NCBI GenBank assembly: GCA_947627355.1
Contig: CANQVX010000009.1
Location: 12,168-76,167, forward strand
Direction: 5' to 3'
DNA from: an uncultured Bacilli bacterium
GTDB taxonomy: Bacteria; Bacillota_I; Bacilli_A; RFN20; CAG-631
DNA length: 64,000 bases
How positions within the stretch are numbered: the first letter of the stretch is position 1; the number at the start of each line of letters is the position of its first letter. The position numbers and the translations under genes were made by a program. Positions 51,317 to 60,158 of this stretch are shown piece by piece. The notes beneath the pieces were generated by a model. It saw nothing but the letters and a program-made list of their open reading frames with translations. It was not told the origin of the DNA and made no database searches.

Positions 51317-53779
51317 TTAGTCATTGATTCCAGGAATCAATAATTCTTCAGTTTCAGTATTTGGTTTTTCTTTTGCTTTCTTAGCACGTTTAGTTGATTT
51401 TTCTTTTACTCTAACAACATGTTTTCTTTCAAGGAATAACCATACACGTGGAGCAATAAACATAGATGTAACTAAACCAGATAATAAACCAAATAGAATT
51501 GCTAATGTAAAGTTAAGAGTAGCAGATGTACCAATAATCATTAAGCATACAACTGGAAGTAAAGTAGTAATTGTTGTATAGATTGAACGATTGAAAGTAT
51601 TAGCAAGTGATCTGTTTACGATATCGAAACGATCATTTTGATTGATGTTACCATGATTTGTTTCTTTGCAAAGTTCACGGATTCTATCAAAGATAATAAT
51701 TGTGTTGTTGATTGAATAACCAATAATAGCAAGGATTGCTGATACAAAGACTACTGATACTTCAATTCTAAAGATTGCAAATAATGAAATTGTAACAATT
51801 ACGTCATTTAACAAAGCAAGAATTGCTGCAATAGCATATGTGAAGCGGAATCTAATTGCAATATAGATAACAATTAATAAAGCTGCAACTGCTAGTGATA
51901 ACAAAGCATTTCTAACAGTCATACGAGCAATCATAGGTGAAGTTACATTAGGAGTAATGGTAATGTATTCTGCCCAGTCACCTTCAAGTTGTAATTCATC
52001 TGGGAACAATTCCTCAATTAATGGCAATTTATCAAAATATTCTTTATATTCAACTTTGATATCAACACAGTTAATATCTACGCCTTCATCGTTTTCTTCA
52101 GTATAAGTTTCAACCATAGTATTTGATACTTTTACATCAGCGCCATTCTTTTCATTGAATTCATCAAAGAATCTTTCAACAGCTTTAACATCAAACTTAC
52201 CTTCGTTGTTTTGGAATACTTCAAGTTCACCACTATCGAAATGATCAGTATCTTTAATAGAAACTGTAATGTTAGCACCTTCAACAAAATCTAAGCCGAA
52301 GTTCATTGGTCTATTTCCACTAAAGCCAAAGGCCATCATGAAGATAACACCAACTAAGAATAAACTACCAACACCAATAAAGGCAAATTTTGATTTTTTC
52401 ATGAAATTAACATTGGCAACTTTACCAAAATATTTTTGGCCTTCACCTTTGTTAATATCAGGAATGTATTTTTCCTTAACACCAAACCAAGTCTTACGAT
52501 TATCTAAAACACCTGATTTAACGATTAGTTTTAATAACAAACGAGAGATTAATAACATTACAATTAAGGTTAAAACAATGGAAATAAGTAACATTGTAGC
52601 AAAACCTTTAACTGATCTTTGACCAAAGAAATACAATGCCAAAGCAGCAATCAAAGTTGTAATGTTAGCATCTAGAATTGAAGAAAATGATTTCTTCGTT
52701 CCTTCTTCATAAGCAGCTTTAACACTACGTCCTTTATATAATTCATCACGAATTCTTTCAAATAAGACAATACATGCATCGACTGCCATACCAATACCAA
52801 TAACAATAGCAGCAATGGTATCAGGACCATATTCACCACCAAGTAAGTTAAAGATTAGTAATGTGCCAACTGTATAAACAAGTAATGAAATTGCTGAAAT
52901 AATACCAGGGATACGATAGATAAGAATCATCATACCAATGATTAAAATTAAACCAACTAAACCAGCAATAACACTACGATTAAATGAATTGTTACCAAAA
53001 GTACCACTAACTCTTAAAATATCACCACGAGTTAAGTTGAACTTCATTGCACCAGCACTTAAAAGTTTTGAAATTTGTGTTGCTCTTTCAGCTGTAAAAC
53101 TTCCTGTAATTTGAGCGGTTGAACCAGTTAATGCTTCATTAACAGTAGCATTAACGATGATTTTTCTTGCTGCTTGTTCAGCTCTATCCATATCAACGTT
53201 AGGATTACTATAATAATAGAAATCACTACGACCATTAGGATCAGTAGTTCCATCATCATAACCAATCCAAACCATCATGTTTTTACCAACTAAATCACCA
53301 GTTACATCACCAAATGTAGCTGTATCTTGAATGTTTAATAAAACAACTGGTTGTCCTTGATCATAACTTAAAACGGCTCCATCTTTTTCTTTTAAAACGC
53401 TACCATCCATTAATACATTACCTTCGCCATCAGTGAAAGTAATAGTAGCATCTGTTTCAATTAAAGATGTAACTTCGTCTAAAGCATCATCATCACTAGA
53501 AGCAACAGCCACACGAATGTATTCACTATTTTGACCTTCAATTGAGATGTTAGGATTTCTAACACCAGCAATATCGATACGAGTTGCAATAACTTCAGCA
53601 GCAACATTTGCTACATCTCGTGAACTATTTCCTTCCTTATCAGTTACTTCATAAACGATTTCATATCCACCTTTAAATTCCAAGCCTAGATTAGGTGATT
53701 CCATTACAGATGGAACTCCTAAAAAGACAAGTGCAAATAAGGTTGCAACCATAGATAGAAATGACAAAATTCGACGCAT
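51317..53779 (-). CDS. secDF: protein translocase subunit SecDF (fused)
   Basis: 820 aa, 12 TM with two large periplasmic-type loops; SecD and SecF halves in one ORF. Confidence 0.9.
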   Translation of the reverse strand: MRRILSFLSMVATLFALVFLGVPSVMESPNLGLEFKGGYEIVYEVTDKEGNSSRDVANVAAEVIATRIDIAGVRNPNISIEGQNSEYIRVAVASSDDDALDEVTSLIETDATITFTDGEGNVLMDGSVLKEKDGAVLSYDQGQPVVLLNIQDTATFGDVTGDLVGKNMMVWIGYDDGTTDPNGRSDFYYYSNPNVDMDRAEQAARKIIVNATVNEALTGSTAQITGSFTAERATQISKLLSAGAMKFNLTRGDILRVSGTFGNNSFNRSVIAGLVGLILIIGMMILIYRIPGIISAISLLVYTVGTLLIFNLLGGEYGPDTIAAIVIGIGMAVDACIVLFERIRDELYKGRSVKAAYEEGTKKSFSSILDANITTLIAALALYFFGQRSVKGFATMLLISIVLTLIVMLLISRLLLKLIVKSGVLDNRKTWFGVKEKYIPDINKGEGQKYFGKVANVNFMKKSKFAFIGVGSLFLVGVIFMMAFGFSGNRPMNFGLDFVEGANITVSIKDTDHFDSGELEVFQNNEGKFDVKAVERFFDEFNEKNGADVKVSNTMVETYTEENDEGVDINCVDIKVEYKEYFDKLPLIEELFPDELQLEGDWAEYITITPNVTSPMIARMTVRNALLSLAVAALLIVIYIAIRFRFTYAIAAILALLNDVIVTISLFAIFRIEVSVVFVSAILAIIGYSINNTIIIFDRIRELCKETNHGNINQNDRFDIVNRSLANTFNRSIYTTITTLLPVVCLMIIGTSATLNFTLAILFGLLSGLVTSMFIAPRVWLFLERKHVVRVKEKSTKRAKKAKEKPNTETEELLIPGIND

Positions 53780-54092
53780 AAGGTTTCCCCCTTTAAAATA
53801 TTCATTTCAAAACATTTATATTTAATAAATATAAATATGCCGCTTTATTACTTTATCATTAATTTGTCTTTTTTTCAATAGTGAAAATATTTTTTTTATT
53901 AATAGTGTAACCCTGTTCTTACTAGGTTAAATTGATTTTTAAAAATTAAAAAATCAAAACACAAAAAAATTTGTAAAAATTAATTCAAAAAATTTAAATT
54001 TTTATCGGTCAAATCATATAAATTGAATTTTAAAAGTAAAGTCATGTTTTAATAAGTTAATTCATAGAATTATATAAACTAAGGGTGATTTT

Positions 54093-55427
54093 ATGAAAAG
54101 AAACATTGTTTTATCGGTGATAAGATTAATAATTATGGGCTTTTTAGCTAAAATAATTTCAACCTTAGCAAAGATAATTATTGCTAGAAAAATAGGTATT
54201 GAAAGTATGAGTATTTATTCTTTAACATTACCTACAATGGTTTTAATGATTAATCTTGCTCAAGCCGGATTTTCAACAGCAGTGGCTAAATTAATAGCTC
54301 AAAATCGTAAAAACACCTTAAAGATAATGATTAGTGCTATATTTTTATCGCTTGGACTTAATCTTATAATTGCACTTATCTATTTTCCATTAGTTCCTAC
54401 TATTGGAAAACATTTATTACATAACTCACTTACTATTCCAACCTTATATTGTATTGGTTGTATTGTTCCCTTAGTATCATTTAGTAGCCTGTTAAAAGGT
54501 TATTTTGTTGGTATCGAACAAGTTGAAAAAAGTAGTTATTGTCAAATAAGTGAAGAATTAGCAAGAATTCTATTTATAGTCGTTTTTGTCGACATTTTTA
54601 TCAATCAAGGCCCTAGTTTTCTTGCTTTTTTTGCAATGTGTGGTATGTTAGTTGGTGAAATTGCTTCAATCATTCATCTAATTTTATCACTTCATGTAAA
54701 CCTAAAACAAAAACTAAAAAATAGTAAATCTATCGATAAAAACGAGATAAAAGTATTTAAAAAACAAATTTTAGAAATAGCAATGCCAACAACATCAACT
54801 AGAATCATTGGCTCAATTTCGTATTTTATTGAACCAATATTATTTACTTTTTTGATGCTTAAAAGTGGTGTCAGTGTTTCAAAAACTACTATTGAATATG
54901 GAATAATAACAGGCTATATAATGCCTTTATTATTACTTCCGGGATTTTTTGCTAGTGCTTTTTCTCTTGCTTTGCTTCCTAGAATGTCAAAAGCAATTGC
55001 AAATAAGAACTATAATTATGCTAAAAAACTCTTAAAATATTTTACTTTAGCTAGTTTTATCATCGGTCTTTTGTTTTCAATTATTATCTTTTTAGCACCA
55101 AATTTTTTCATGAATTTGTTATACCATCATACCAAAGGTGCTAGTTACATTAAAAAATATGCCTTATTTATGGTTTTATATTATATTGAATCACCATTAA
55201 ATGTAGCTATGGTTTCATTATCTTTAGAAAAGAAAATCTTTTTAGAATCTATTACTTGTAACATTATTAAAATTATTACTTATTTAATTTTCATACCTTT
55301 GTTTAAGGCAGATGGTCTAATGATTGGCGTTTTAAGTGGTGTCTTTTCAACAGTTTTCAGTTATCTATATTTCATAAACAAAGGATTTAAAAAACTAACG
55401 AAAGATACAAAGCCTATCATCAGTTAA
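54093..55427 (+). CDS. MOP-superfamily flippase, SpoVB/MurJ-like
   Basis: 444 aa, about 12 TM; N-terminus IIARKIGIESMSIYSLTLPT...AQAGFSTAVAKLIAQ parallels SpoVB. Confidence 0.5.
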   Translation: MKRNIVLSVIRLIIMGFLAKIISTLAKIIIARKIGIESMSIYSLTLPTMVLMINLAQAGFSTAVAKLIAQNRKNTLKIMISAIFLSLGLNLIIALIYFPLVPTIGKHLLHNSLTIPTLYCIGCIVPLVSFSSLLKGYFVGIEQVEKSSYCQISEELARILFIVVFVDIFINQGPSFLAFFAMCGMLVGEIASIIHLILSLHVNLKQKLKNSKSIDKNEIKVFKKQILEIAMPTTSTRIIGSISYFIEPILFTFLMLKSGVSVSKTTIEYGIITGYIMPLLLLPGFFASAFSLALLPRMSKAIANKNYNYAKKLLKYFTLASFIIGLLFSIIIFLAPNFFMNLLYHHTKGASYIKKYALFMVLYYIESPLNVAMVSLSLEKKIFLESITCNIIKIITYLIFIPLFKADGLMIGVLSGVFSTVFSYLYFINKGFKKLTKDTKPIIS

Positions 55428-56024
55428 TAATAAAGCAACTCGGATATCCTTAAGTTGAATATTATATTCACTTAGTTTTTTATAAAGCCATTGCTCATCT
55501 TTATTACAGGCCTTTAAATTTTCATATTCTATTTTACCATCTATTATTAATGGATCAGGATAATTGCTACTTGATGCTTTTTTAGATATAACACTTAGTT
55601 TACCACTGGTTTCCAAAATAGCCCATCTGATATCAATTGGTGAGTCATAGCCTTTTTCTCTAAGTTGACTAAATAAATCATCAATAGTGTATCTTTGTTT
55701 TTTCATTTCATTGAAATCAAGATTACCATCATTAATGATTAAAGACATTTTTCCGTCGATAAAATCGCGTATTTTTTTGTTTTTCAAGGATATTTTTGAT
55801 AGTGTTATTTGCATTAAAGCAAGAAAGGTAACACTAACCACAGGTAACCATAATTCATTACGTTTATCAACAATTGACATTGTAACCAAATCACTAATTG
55901 TAAAATAAACAGCAAGATCTACGATACTTAAGTTACCAACTTCTCGTTTTCCCATTAAACGAATAACAACAATTAAAAATATATAAGCTAAAAAGGTTTT
56001 CAAAATGATTATTAAAACTTCCAT
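55395..56024 (-). CDS. DUF421 (YetF/YkjA family) membrane protein
   Basis: 209 aa; IRLMGKREVGNLSIVDLAVYF signature of DUF421. Confidence 0.65.
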   Translation of the reverse strand: MEVLIIILKTFLAYIFLIVVIRLMGKREVGNLSIVDLAVYFTISDLVTMSIVDKRNELWLPVVSVTFLALMQITLSKISLKNKKIRDFIDGKMSLIINDGNLDFNEMKKQRYTIDDLFSQLREKGYDSPIDIRWAILETSGKLSVISKKASSSNYPDPLIIDGKIEYENLKACNKDEQWLYKKLSEYNIQLKDIRVALLLTDDRLCIFR

Positions 56025-56088
56025 TAAATCACCTCATCATGGTCTATTTTGTGAAAAATAAACATATATATTCATGAGGTGTCACAAA

Positions 56089-56466
56089 ATGAATAAAATA
56101 TTAAAAGGATTTTTAATTGCTTTTGTATCATTGCTTGGTTTAAGTATTGTTTTTTCATTAATTCTTGCTAGTATCAATCTAAAAAGTTCTACTAAAATAC
56201 CTAGTTTAATTTCATTAATTTTATCTTTAGTATTGTTTTTTCTAGTTGGTACGATTTATGGCTTAATAAACAAAAAACAAGGCTTAAGTCGTAGTTTACT
56301 TTTATGCCTTGTTTATGTTTTAATAATTTGCATTTACTACCTTTTTATCGACAAAAATGCACAAACACCACTTACTTATTTAAAAGTTGCTGGTCGTGTT
56401 TTAATGTTAATTATTGGTAGTATTTTAGGAGTTAACCTAGCTTATAAAAAAGTTAAATCAAAATAG
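56089..56466 (+). CDS. small polytopic membrane protein, unknown function
   Basis: 126 aa from ATG 56089 (GAGGTG RBS), 4 TM. Confidence 0.3.
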   Translation: MNKILKGFLIAFVSLLGLSIVFSLILASINLKSSTKIPSLISLILSLVLFFLVGTIYGLINKKQGLSRSLLLCLVYVLIICIYYLFIDKNAQTPLTYLKVAGRVLMLIIGSILGVNLAYKKVKSK

Positions 56467-57462
56467 TGAATTTTGATAAGGTATTTTTAGATGATGATAT
56501 GCTTTTTCAGTAACAATTCTACCTCTTGGAGTACGATTGATTAAACCTTGTTGTAATAAATATGGTTCATAGACATCTTCAAGGGTTACTTGTTCTTCAC
56601 CAATTGCTGCAGCAATAGATTCAATACCAACAGGTCCACCTTTGAAACGTTCAATAATACCTTTTAGATAACGAATATCAACATCATCTAAACCTAATGA
56701 ATCAACTTTTAATGCATCAAGGGCTTTTTTAGTAATAGCTGCACTGATATGGCCATCGTTATGAACTGTTGCAAAGTCTCTAACTCTTCTAAATAATCTG
56801 TTAGCAACACGTGGTGTACCACGGCTACGTTTTGCAAGTTCAATAGCAGCATCATTATCTATTTTATTTTCAAATACTCGAGCTGTTCTTTTAACAATTT
56901 GTTCTATTTCATTTTGGTTATAATAATTAAGTTTAATAATAATACCAAAACGATCACGAAGTGGAGCACTAACATCGCCAACTCTAGTGGTAGCTCCAAC
57001 TAATGTAAATGGTGGTAAATCAATACTTAGTGACCTAGCACTGCTATCTTTTCCAACTATTACATTGATAACATAATCTTCCATAGCAGCATATAACACT
57101 TCTTCAACCACTTTAGGAAGACGATGAATTTCATCGATAAATAAAATATCACCTGGTTCAAGGGTTGATAAAATAGCTGCTAAATCACCAGTCCGTTCAA
57201 TTGAAGGACCAGAGGCAACTTTAATGTTTGCCTTTTTTTCATTTGCTATAACATGAGCTAGTGTTGTTTTTCCAAGTCCTGGTGGGCCATAGATTAAAAC
57301 ATGGTCAAGGGCTTCGTTTCTAGCATTACTAGCACTAATAAAAACTGATAGATTTTCTTTGTTATCTTCTTGACCAATATATTCTTTTAAAGAAGTAGGT
57401 CTTAATTTTAATTCATCATCATCTTCAGTTGTTTGTGTTGCTTGTATTAGTCTTTGTTCCAT
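56458..57462 (-). CDS. ruvB: Holliday junction helicase RuvB
   Basis: 334 aa; [11 protein letters not shown], sensor motifs, winged-helix C-terminus. Confidence 0.95.
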   Translation of the reverse strand: MEQRLIQATQTTEDDDELKLRPTSLKEYIGQEDNKENLSVFISASNARNEALDHVLIYGPPGLGKTTLAHVIANEKKANIKVASGPSIERTGDLAAILSTLEPGDILFIDEIHRLPKVVEEVLYAAMEDYVINVIVGKDSSARSLSIDLPPFTLVGATTRVGDVSAPLRDRFGIIIKLNYYNQNEIEQIVKRTARVFENKIDNDAAIELAKRSRGTPRVANRLFRRVRDFATVHNDGHISAAITKKALDALKVDSLGLDDVDIRYLKGIIERFKGGPVGIESIAAAIGEEQVTLEDVYEPYLLQQGLINRTPRGRIVTEKAYHHLKIPYQNSLF

Positions 57463-57469
57463 ATCTATC

Positions 57470-58033
57470 CTACTTTCTTAATAATTTTAAACATTCTTTG
57501 ATTAATTGTTCAGTCTTTAATGAATCTGGGTTAGTAATTTTAGCAAATGCATTGTCAATTTCACTTGTTTTAAAGCCAAATGAACGCAAAGCATCATAAA
57601 CATCGCTAAACCGACTGCCATTATTTTTAATCGCATTAGCATCAATAATTAGTTTACCTTTTAAGTCTAAGACAATTTGTTGAGCAGCTTTAGGACCAAC
57701 TGCTGGAAGTTTCTTTAAAAAGGCAATATTTCCACCTTCAATAGCACTAATTAGGTTATTAACAGTTGTGGCACCTAAAATACCATTAGCAGTTTTAGGA
57801 CCAATACCATTAACATCAATTAATTTTAAGAATAATTCTTTTTCAGCCTTGGTTTTAAAGCCATATAAAAAGACACCGTCTTCTTTTTGTTGATAATAAA
57901 TATAGACTAGACATTTGCCATGACTAAAATCACTTGGTCTACTGATATAAACATGATATCCTACACCATTACAATCAATTACCAAACTATCATAAGAAAT
58001 TTCAACGATATCGCCATTTAAATAGGATATCAT
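57470..58033 (-). CDS. ruvA: Holliday junction DNA helicase RuvA
   Basis: 187 aa; OB domain, two HhH motifs (GIGPKTA), C-terminal domain III. Confidence 0.9.
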   Translation of the reverse strand: MISYLNGDIVEISYDSLVIDCNGVGYHVYISRPSDFSHGKCLVYIYYQQKEDGVFLYGFKTKAEKELFLKLIDVNGIGPKTANGILGATTVNNLISAIEGGNIAFLKKLPAVGPKAAQQIVLDLKGKLIIDANAIKNNGSRFSDVYDALRSFGFKTSEIDNAFAKITNPDSLKTEQLIKECLKLLRK

Positions 58034-58045
58034 ACTACCACCCGC

Positions 58046-58531
58046 CTAAATCAATATTATTATACAATAAATAATCCCTGATATACAAATTAAAAATCCA
58101 TTGGTTACAAGGTGTCTAATTTTAGCTAAATACTTACATTTTGTAATCAAATTGATTAAAAAATAAAGGCCAGTAATACCTAAAAAGATAATTAAAAAAC
58201 CAAATATTCGATAAATACCTAAAAATGCACTAATGGCTAAAAACAAATAAAAGTTATATTTATTAATAAAACGAAGTAAACATAAGATAATGCCAATTAA
58301 AAACCCAATAGCTAAGCCAAAAAGCGAACTTCTAACACCAAGAATTGGATCAGTAAAGATATCAAAGAACAAGCAATTCAAACCAAGTCCTAGTAAAACA
58401 GTTGGAACATATAAAGAACTATTAATGCTTATCTTTCCATATTCATTTAATAAAGCAATCACTAAAACAACAAGTAGAATAAAAAACAAAATATATTCTA
58501 AGAAATAACTAATAATAAACATACGTTTCAC
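58046..58531 (-). CDS. polytopic membrane protein, unknown function
   Basis: 161 aa, 5 TM; no GGDxK prepilin-peptidase motif. Confidence 0.3.
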   Translation of the reverse strand: MKRMFIISYFLEYILFFILLVVLVIALLNEYGKISINSSLYVPTVLLGLGLNCLFFDIFTDPILGVRSSLFGLAIGFLIGIILCLLRFINKYNFYLFLAISAFLGIYRIFGFLIIFLGITGLYFLINLITKCKYLAKIRHLVTNGFLICISGIIYCIIILI

Positions 58532-58569
58532 CCACTACTACAATATATGTTAGAAGTAGGCTAATGTTC

Positions 58570-59040
58570 CTATTTATTATTTTTTACCGTGTAGTTTTTT
58601 TCGTGATCAATATGATACATTTGTTTATTAATTAAGATATTAGCGTCTTTAAATTCATAAGCAAAAGCTGATTTAGTATCATCATTTATAATAATACTAC
58701 CTTCAACTAAACCCATGACCTTAATGTTTTGATTACAAATAATTGTGTTTTCTTTGTTAATGTTTCCTATGAAAATAATATCTTCGTTATTAACAAAACT
58801 TGAAACAACATCATCTTTTTTAATATTTTTGATTTTAGATATCACGACATTTTGATGAATAACAAGTTCATCAAACAAACTATAAAACTCTTTAGCATTT
58901 AAATTAATGTTTTCAAAAATAAGTTCAATTGTTGGACATTTTTGATTTTCTTTAAACCTAATATCATCGATTTGACCGACAATTTTTTCAATAAAGTTAT
59001 CTTTTGTATCAACACAAATTGGATATATTTTATCATCCAT
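58570..59040 (-). CDS. short MinC-like protein (C-terminal beta-helix-like region only), tentative
   Basis: 156 aa; DIIFIGNINKENTIICNQNIKVMGLVEGSIIIN resembles MinC C-domain DLVVLGDVNPGAEVVADGNIIVMG; sits where the mre/min genes lie after radC in Bacillus. Confidence 0.3.
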   Translation of the reverse strand: MDDKIYPICVDTKDNFIEKIVGQIDDIRFKENQKCPTIELIFENINLNAKEFYSLFDELVIHQNVVISKIKNIKKDDVVSSFVNNEDIIFIGNINKENTIICNQNIKVMGLVEGSIIINDDTKSAFAYEFKDANILINKQMYHIDHEKNYTVKNNK

Positions 59041-59087
59041 TTAAATCACCTCAAAGTGATTATAAATAACATGATTTGAAATATTTG

Positions 59088-59786
59088 TCATTTATTGTCG
59101 ATATCATCAAAATATTTCTGGTTTCCTAAGATACTATAATAATTATCACTGCCAAAAATTATATGATCTAATAATGTAACTTTACAAACTTTCCCTAATT
59201 CAACAATGCTTTGAGTAACAGCATAATCTTCCTTGCTAGGTTTAGAATCACCACTAGGATGATTATGAAAACAAATAATTTTACAAGCATTACATAGTAT
59301 CGCTTTTTTAAAGATAACTTTTAAGTCAATGACTGACCGGTCAAGGCCACCAACAAAAAGTTTTTCTTCTTGAAGCACTTGTAGTTTAGTATCAAGATAG
59401 ATGACATAAAAGAATTCTTGACTGCTTTGTCTTGCAAATAAACGATATTGTTGAAACACTTGTTTTGTCGACTGAATCACTCTTTTTTTAGAGTTTTTGT
59501 TATCTTTGTTTAGTCGTGTTGCAAGTTCATAACAAACTTTTAAATCTAAGGCTTTAACTTTACTAATACCTTTTACTTTCATCAATAATTGAATATCAGT
59601 ATTAAACAAATTACTGAGTCCACCAAATTCAACTAATAATTGATTAGCTAATTCTAGTACTGAACAATTCTTAATGCCACTTCTTAAAAGTAACGCCACT
59701 AGTTCAGCATCAGATAGACTACTAACACCTTTTTGCATGGCCTTTTCTCTAGGACGTTCTGATATTGGAATATTTTTAAGTGGCAT
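59088..59786 (-). CDS. radC: RadC-like JAB/MPN domain protein
   Basis: 232 aa; HhH N-domain, JAMM motif HNHPSGDSKPSKEDYAVT. Confidence 0.8.
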   Translation of the reverse strand: MPLKNIPISERPREKAMQKGVSSLSDAELVALLLRSGIKNCSVLELANQLLVEFGGLSNLFNTDIQLLMKVKGISKVKALDLKVCYELATRLNKDNKNSKKRVIQSTKQVFQQYRLFARQSSQEFFYVIYLDTKLQVLQEEKLFVGGLDRSVIDLKVIFKKAILCNACKIICFHNHPSGDSKPSKEDYAVTQSIVELGKVCKVTLLDHIIFGSDNYYSILGNQKYFDDIDNK

Positions 59787-59980
59787 TAATTACCTAATTT
59801 AAATTTAAAGCCACCAGGTAAAGTTATATCAGTAGCTTTACTACTAAAGATCTTATAAATCAAAACACTAATAACTGATAAAATAGCAAATGCGGTTACT
59901 ACCTCTAGGCCTAAAAAGCCTCCTTTAATACTTTTAGTTTCTTCAAGTGACATTTCTTCATAATGTAATTTTTCTAGCAT
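59786..59980 (-). CDS. 64-aa peptide with double-glycine-type (or class III/prepilin-like) leader and hydrophobic core, translationally coupled to radC
   Basis: Strong GGGAGGG RBS 7 nt upstream. N-terminus MLEKLHYEEMSLEETKSIKGG followed by FLGLEVVTAFAILSVISVLIY. Stop TAA overlaps the radC ATG (TAATG). Confidence 0.4.
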   Translation of the reverse strand: MLEKLHYEEMSLEETKSIKGGFLGLEVVTAFAILSVISVLIYKIFSSKATDITLPGGFKFKLGN

Positions 59981-60080
59981 ACAATTTCCCTCCCTAGTAT
60001 TCTAAAAAGAATTTAAACCATCCTTTTTGTCGATAAAATAATAACATATAAAAAAAATAAATTGGTCTTAAGTTTGAACT

Positions 60081-60129
60081 AAGTTTGTAATAAAAAAATA
60101 GTAAATAAGATTTTATTTTAAGTAACTTA
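60081..60129 (-). terminator. intrinsic terminator of valS
   Basis: 13-bp stem AATAGTAAATAAG/CTTATTTACTATT followed by T-run on minus strand. Confidence 0.6.
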
Positions 60130-60158
60130 TTTACTATTTTAGTTTTGTAAATTTCTTA

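Noticed and set aside
58046-58531. 161-aa membrane protein as an A24 prepilin peptidase partnering the leader-type peptide
   Set aside because: Lacks the GGDxK motif region and characteristic paired Asp context of A24 peptidases; only generic polytopic topology.
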